A stretch of DNA of 64,000 bases from an uncultured Thermoplasmatales archaeon (GTDB taxonomy: Archaea; Thermoplasmatota; E2; DHVEG-1): positions 37,607 through 101,606 of the forward strand of contig CAZWQV010000002.1 of the NCBI GenBank assembly GCA_964636235.1. The letters are read 5' to 3'. Below the pieces are notes generated by a model, which saw nothing but the letters and a program-made list of their open reading frames with translations, searched no databases and was not told the DNA's origin. Within the stretch, counting starts at the first letter, position 1; every line of letters starts with the position of its first letter. This document shows positions 59,135-64,000 of this stretch, one piece after another. A program made the position numbers and the translations under genes.

Positions 59135-59920
59135 ATGATGCAATTTCTCTATCAGAGTATTCTTCCCTTTATTTTATCTGCATTAGTTGTTATTATCATC
59201 ATGTTTATTGCTGAAAGATATGGCTCAAAAGTAGGGGGCATCCTTGGAACCCTTCCATCCACTATTGTAGTAGCTTTTGTTTTTATAGCGATTACTAAAG
59301 GTGATAACTTTGCATCGGACGCAGCAGCTGTTGTTCCAGCAGAACTTGGATTTAATGTCATTTTTCTTTTTATCTTTGCTCTTCTTATTCATAGATCTAC
59401 ATTGTTTGCATTCATTTCTGCATTTACTATTTGGACGTTTTTATCTTCCCTCCTGATTCTTTTTGAAATCACTAATATTTTCATCTCATTAGGAATATAT
59501 GTTATATGCTTGGTTTCAACATTTCTCATTCTTGAACATAAAAAGAAGATCATTTCAATTGGGCAGGTAAAGGTTCATTATACCTTAAAAAAAATAGTAA
59601 CCCGGGGGATTTTAGCAGGAATTGTTATAGCAATAGCAGTTTCACTTTCAAATGTAAATAGTATTATAAGTGGCATTTTTTCTGTATTTCCTGCAATACT
59701 AACATCCACCATGGTAATTTGCGTTCGCGATCATGGCCCAAATTTTGCAGCAGGAATGGCAAAAACAATGTCCATTGGTATATCAAGTGTTGCTCTCTAT
59801 GCCACAGTCATTCATTTTTTATATCCTACCTATGGAATAGTAATTGGCTCACTGGTTGCATATCTCTTATCATTTTCTTTAACCATGATTATATTCATAA
59901 CTAGAAATAAGATTAAATAG
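59135..59920 (+). CDS. hypothetical integral membrane protein (~8 TM)
   Basis: Hydrophobic throughout; no recognisable family. Confidence 0.35.
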   Translation: MMQFLYQSILPFILSALVVIIIMFIAERYGSKVGGILGTLPSTIVVAFVFIAITKGDNFASDAAAVVPAELGFNVIFLFIFALLIHRSTLFAFISAFTIWTFLSSLLILFEITNIFISLGIYVICLVSTFLILEHKKKIISIGQVKVHYTLKKIVTRGILAGIVIAIAVSLSNVNSIISGIFSVFPAILTSTMVICVRDHGPNFAAGMAKTMSIGISSVALYATVIHFLYPTYGIVIGSLVAYLLSFSLTMIIFITRNKIK

Positions 59921-60247
59921 AAATTAAAATAAAAAAATGAGGAAACTATTTCCCCCTTTCCTTTTGAAATTGCCTCCTAATATAATATATGTTGGCGTAC
60001 TATATTTGTAATCTATAGAAATAACATTGATAAGCGATTTATTTATATACTAATTGAGGAAAGTGAAATGGTAAAAATGAAAGTATATTATTTTGTCACT
60101 GTTAGCTCAGGAAAAACTGAGAGTGAGGTCTTTGATGAATACCCAGATGAACTTGTTTATAATACAAAAGATAAAAAAATAAAGCTCATTAAAGATACTA
60201 TTGAAGTGGTATCAGAAGATATTGAATATGGTGAAGGGTAGCATTTT

Positions 60248-60553
60248 ATGATAGAGTTTCAGGATATTAAATTAAAATCTGGATTGATAACGGCAGTTAA
60301 AATTAATTTTGAACATGTTCCATTGATAGTTTTTGGTTGCCCAGAATGTTTTGTCATGTGTGGATATCTTGATATGAATGCAGCAAATAAACTTGGAGAT
60401 ATCGCAGCTAAGGTTACCAATGTGAAAACAATATCATCAGCACTTGATGCACCTATTGTTGCATTATCCGAAGAAGCAAAAAAGTTTGATGTAGAAATCG
60501 GAATGAGTGCAAGGAACTTTCTAAATATTGTGTTGAAGCAAATTAAGCATTAA
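60248..60553 (+). CDS. hypothetical protein
   Basis: 101 aa with conserved-looking CPEC...C motif. Function unknown. Confidence 0.3.
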   Translation: MIEFQDIKLKSGLITAVKINFEHVPLIVFGCPECFVMCGYLDMNAANKLGDIAAKVTNVKTISSALDAPIVALSEEAKKFDVEIGMSARNFLNIVLKQIKH

Positions 60554-60575
60554 GATCTCATGTATGATTTAACTT

Positions 60576-61640
60576 CTAAACCCATTTTTTATGTTTGAAA
60601 TAACCGAAAAGGGTCAAACCTATTCCAATAAAAATAGCCCAAACTAGGGGATATGCCCATGGAATTGAAAGCTCCGGCATATAATCAAAGTTCATACCAT
60701 AAATTCCCGCAATAAATGTTAAGGGAATGAAAATAGCTGCAAAAATAGTAAGCACTTTCATTACTTCATTCATTTTATTGCTAATGCTGCTCATATAAAT
60801 ATCTAATAAGCCAGATATCATATCTCTATAGGTTTCAACAGTATCCATTACTTGAATTGTATGATCATAAATATCTCGTAAAAAAATAATAGTTGTCTTT
60901 TTAATTAGTTTTGATTCATTTTTTTGAAGATTGTTAATTACTTCTCTTAATGGCCAGACAGACTTTCTTAAAAAAAGCATTTCTCGTTTTAATCTATGAA
61001 TTGTTTGTACTATCTCTGGACGTGGATTACTTATGACTTCTTCTTCTAGTTCCTCAATTTTTTCTCCAACTTTTTCTAAAATTAAAAAATAATTATCAAC
61101 AATCGCATCGATTAGCGAATAGGTAAGATAATCTGTCCCCAGCTTTCGTATTCGTCCCTTTCCACCTCTAATACGGTCTCTTATCGGATTGAAGACATCG
61201 CCTTCCATTTCTTGAAATGAAATTACATAATTTTCAGTTAAAATAACACTGATTTGTTCAGTGATAATTTGTTCCGTTTTTTCATCATAACGAAGCATTT
61301 TCAAAACAATAAAAATATACTTGTCAAATTCGTCGTATTTCGGTCGCTGATCAGTATAGAGTATGTCCTCTAATACTAATGGATGAATTTCAAAAATTTG
61401 ACCGATTTTCTCAATAACAGATATATCATGAAGTCCCGTGATATTGATCCAACTGACTGTTGGAGTTTTTTTTAAATTTACACATTCTGATATATTATCA
61501 ATTGTTTTTTCTTCTAATACATCCTTATCATAATCAAAAATAGTAATAGTTGATTTATCTGTTTTTTTTTCACCAATATGAATAAGAGATCCAGGAGGTA
61601 AACCACTTTTATTTGAAGATTTTTTCATAAATCTAGTCAT
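60576..61640 (-). CDS. corA: magnesium/cobalt transporter CorA
   Basis: Two C-terminal TM helices with the YGMNFDYMPEL signature (GMN motif). Confidence 0.85.
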   Translation of the reverse strand: MTRFMKKSSNKSGLPPGSLIHIGEKKTDKSTITIFDYDKDVLEEKTIDNISECVNLKKTPTVSWINITGLHDISVIEKIGQIFEIHPLVLEDILYTDQRPKYDEFDKYIFIVLKMLRYDEKTEQIITEQISVILTENYVISFQEMEGDVFNPIRDRIRGGKGRIRKLGTDYLTYSLIDAIVDNYFLILEKVGEKIEELEEEVISNPRPEIVQTIHRLKREMLFLRKSVWPLREVINNLQKNESKLIKKTTIIFLRDIYDHTIQVMDTVETYRDMISGLLDIYMSSISNKMNEVMKVLTIFAAIFIPLTFIAGIYGMNFDYMPELSIPWAYPLVWAIFIGIGLTLFGYFKHKKWV

Positions 61641-61691
61641 ATTACTCTTCTCACATTTTTTCTCATTAATTTCTTATATCATTGCTTTAAA

Positions 61692-62666
61692 TTAATCGTA
61701 TTCATCTTTGATATCACCAAAGATTTCCTCAATGAGATCTTCCAAAGTTACAATTCCAATAACTGCACCATTTTTCTTTTTAACAACTGCCATATGCACT
61801 CTTTTTTTCTGCATTTTCCGTAAAACATCATCAGTTTTCATATGTTGCTGAACAATTAGAACATCCTTCATGATTTCTTTAACTTTGATATCTTCATTTT
61901 TCAATAATGCATCCTTAACATGTACAATTCCTACAATATCTTTTTTATTTTTTTTAATAATTGGAAATCGCGAATGTCCTGTTTCCAATGCTTTTTGTTT
62001 TAATTGCTTTAATGAGTCATCTTCATGTAAGAAATGTACATTATCAATAGGGATAAATACTTCTTTTGTTTCAGTTTCATCAAAATCAAAAATCTCATTT
62101 ACCATCCGTTTCTCATCAGTATATATTGTTCCATCCTGTACCCCTAAATCAAGCATAATTCTAATCTCTTCTTCCGTAACAACTGCTCTGCTACTGCTTT
62201 CTTTTCCTACAATTTTTAAAAAAATGTTTGATAGCGCTGATAAACCTCTGGCAACAGGAGAGAACATAATGGTTAGAATATTAATGTACGTTGCTGCTTT
62301 AAATGCAAATTTATCATTATGAATTCCATATGCTTTGGGAATTGATTCACCAAACACAACAATGAGCAGCGTCATCACCGCTGTGGCAATACCCACTCCG
62401 ACATTCCCAAAATAATACGTTATCAGCCCACCGGCCAGAATTGATGAAGTAATATTCACTACATTATTACAAATAACAATAGCGCTTACCACTTCATTTG
62501 GTTTTGTCAATAGCTTTTCTAAAATCTTGGCGTTTTTCTCACCAGCATTTGATTTTTTTCTCACCCCTATTCTATTTACAGATACAAATGCCATTTCTGA
62601 TGCAGCAAAAAATGAAGAAAGAAAAATTAGTAAACCGATGATACAAATTGTTACTATCCAAATCAT
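61692..62666 (-). CDS. CNNM/CorC/HlyC family transporter (DUF21 + CBS pair)
   Basis: N-terminal DUF21 membrane domain followed by tandem CBS domains. Confidence 0.7.
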   Translation of the reverse strand: MIWIVTICIIGLLIFLSSFFAASEMAFVSVNRIGVRKKSNAGEKNAKILEKLLTKPNEVVSAIVICNNVVNITSSILAGGLITYYFGNVGVGIATAVMTLLIVVFGESIPKAYGIHNDKFAFKAATYINILTIMFSPVARGLSALSNIFLKIVGKESSSRAVVTEEEIRIMLDLGVQDGTIYTDEKRMVNEIFDFDETETKEVFIPIDNVHFLHEDDSLKQLKQKALETGHSRFPIIKKNKKDIVGIVHVKDALLKNEDIKVKEIMKDVLIVQQHMKTDDVLRKMQKKRVHMAVVKKKNGAVIGIVTLEDLIEEIFGDIKDEYD

Positions 62667-62679
62667 TCTTTTCCAACTG

Positions 62680-63711
62680 TTATTTCATATTATATATTTT
62701 TCTAATCGGCCATGAAATCTCTATACCTTCTTGATCAAATCGTTTTTTCAGTTTTTTAATAAACTCATTTTTTACCACAAAACGTTTCGTGGATTCTTCA
62801 ACTCGAAGAATAGCAATAAAATCAATATTTGATTCTCCAAATTCTCTAAATCTAAATAATGGTTCAAAATCCTTAAACGCACCTGGATAATTTTGTTGAA
62901 TTTCTCTTGCCACTTCAAGGGTAACTTCTTCCACTTTTTGAAGATCTGATTCATATGCCACCCCGCAGGGAACCCAAATAATCATGTCTTGTTTTGGCAG
63001 CGAATAATTTAGTATGATGCTATCTGCAAGCTTCCCATTTGGAACAATAATCAAATTATCAGTCATTGTTTTAATTCTTGTAGATCGCCATCCAATATCT
63101 TCCACAAACCCTGCATTATCTTTGTCTAATTCAATAAAATCACCAACTCGAATGGGCTGATCTGAGATAATATGCAATCCTGCAAAAAAATTAGCAAGCG
63201 TGCTTTGTAATGCAAGGCCAATGGCAAGAGCACCAACACCAACACCAGCAATTAAAGGAGTGATATCTAATTGAAAGTAACCAAGAATTATAACAACGCC
63301 GATGATATAAATAATAATTGAAAAAAATGTACTTATCAGGTTTGGAGTTCGCTCCAATCCTCTCTTCATTTTTAAAAAAGTACCTAAGGCAATATTACCA
63401 ATTCTAGCTATAATTGCTGCAATAAGTAAGGTAATGATAATGAAGAAAATACCATTAATCTCTTGATGAAAATTTTCAAGCATAATCAATTGATGTAATG
63501 AGGAATATAAACCAACTAGAAAAATAACTAAGAAAATTGGCAAACCCAATTTTTTAAAAAGATGCTTGGTAAATGACTTTTTCTTTCCTCCAATTCTTTT
63601 GAATATGATTCTTAAAATGATATAAGTTATTCCAAGGAAGATTAAGGTAGTAATCATAGTAAAGAAAAATCGAAATAACTCATTTGAAAACAAATCAATA
63701 AGATAAGCCAT
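62680..63711 (-). CDS. mechanosensitive ion channel, MscS family
   Basis: TM region plus the MscS beta-domain (GDFIELDKDNAGFVEDIGWRSTRIKTMTDNLIIVPNGKL). Confidence 0.75.
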   Translation of the reverse strand: MAYLIDLFSNELFRFFFTMITTLIFLGITYIILRIIFKRIGGKKKSFTKHLFKKLGLPIFLVIFLVGLYSSLHQLIMLENFHQEINGIFFIIITLLIAAIIARIGNIALGTFLKMKRGLERTPNLISTFFSIIIYIIGVVIILGYFQLDITPLIAGVGVGALAIGLALQSTLANFFAGLHIISDQPIRVGDFIELDKDNAGFVEDIGWRSTRIKTMTDNLIIVPNGKLADSIILNYSLPKQDMIIWVPCGVAYESDLQKVEEVTLEVAREIQQNYPGAFKDFEPLFRFREFGESNIDFIAILRVEESTKRFVVKNEFIKKLKKRFDQEGIEISWPIRKIYNMK

Positions 63712-63814
63712 GTATACTCAAAGAGGCAAACATATCATGTATCTTTTTAACATTATTGTTTTAATAAAGAATATGTTTTTACCTGTTTTTATTTCAATCA
63801 AATTTATAAATAAC

Positions 63815-64000
63815 GGCTGGGAATACTGCGCGGACTGAAGTTAAACGAAAGGCCCGCAGATGAAAAGCCGTATCACTTTTTAATGAGCTACCTGATATTT
63901 TTTTCCGTTGCACGCGGCACACCACAAGGGTGTGCCCTAAAAAGGTGCAACAGGAATGTGCTAATTTTGAAAAAGATAACTAGCGGTAGCTCTAAAAAGA
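63815..64000 (+). ncRNA. rnpB: GC-rich structured RNA, probable RNase P RNA (5' portion, truncated by window end)
   Basis: An abrupt GC rise with nested helices: gagctacc/ggtagctc enclosing gttgcac/gtgcaac, which encloses ggcacacc-acaag-ggtgtgcc. GAAAGgCCcGC resembles the P4 5' strand (GAAAGUCCGGGC). GUGCAACAGGAA matches the conserved J11/12 GUGCAACAG(A) element of E. coli RNase P RNA. A TATA-like tttataaata lies at 63803-63812. Confidence 0.35.

Overview
AT-rich (~30% GC) chromosomal segment, most consistent with an anaerobic archaeon. Archaeal indicators: PAC2-type proteasome assembly chaperone homolog, digeranylgeranylglycerophospholipid reductase, HTH_10 and DUF835 regulators, FmdE domain, archease, oligo-T and palindromic terminators, strong Shine-Dalgarno sites and frequent GTG/TTG starts. 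It also carries several bacterial-type modules (nrdR-nrdDG, long Zn-LID adenylate kinase). Gene density is high, with roughly 75 CDS, one tRNA-Gln(TTG) and a GC-rich structured RNA (probable RNase P RNA 5' part) at the 3' edge. No CRISPR array, transposase or integrase was recognised. Main functional blocks: (i) 2.3-9.6 kb: MarR regulator with twin palindromic operators, then NikR, a BtuFCD/FecBCD-type ABC importer, a TsaA-FmdE fusion protein and LarC(N-domain)-LarB-LarE, i.e. a predicted nickel-regulated metal-uptake plus nickel-pincer-cofactor synthesis locus. (ii) Redox and repair genes: MsrA, two DNA-alkylation-repair-like proteins, radical-SAM SplB-like protein, thioredoxin, hemerythrin-like protein, glutaredoxin-like protein, nitroreductase, thioredoxin reductase. 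(iii) Two PAS-domain sensors: a PASx3-DUF835-wHTH one-component regulator, and a PAS histidine kinase whose only adjacent partner is a receiver-less wHTH protein that has a paralog at 9.6 kb. (iv) A secretory island at 31.7-37.9 kb: membrane transglutaminase-like protein, secreted CocE/NonD-PKD peptidase, HTH_10 regulator and four tandem paralogous secreted proteins of an unrecognised family, one interrupted by an in-frame TAA. (v) nrdR-nrdD-nrdG. (vi) A four-gene group-4 [NiFe]-hydrogenase catalytic module (NuoB/C/D/I-like) with divergent HycI protease but no adjacent membrane subunits. (vii) PGI, Rpe, CorA-CorC-MscS. Three disrupted genes (frameshift at about 22.98 kb, in-frame TAG at 25487, in-frame TAA at 35785) cluster in the accessory middle of the window.
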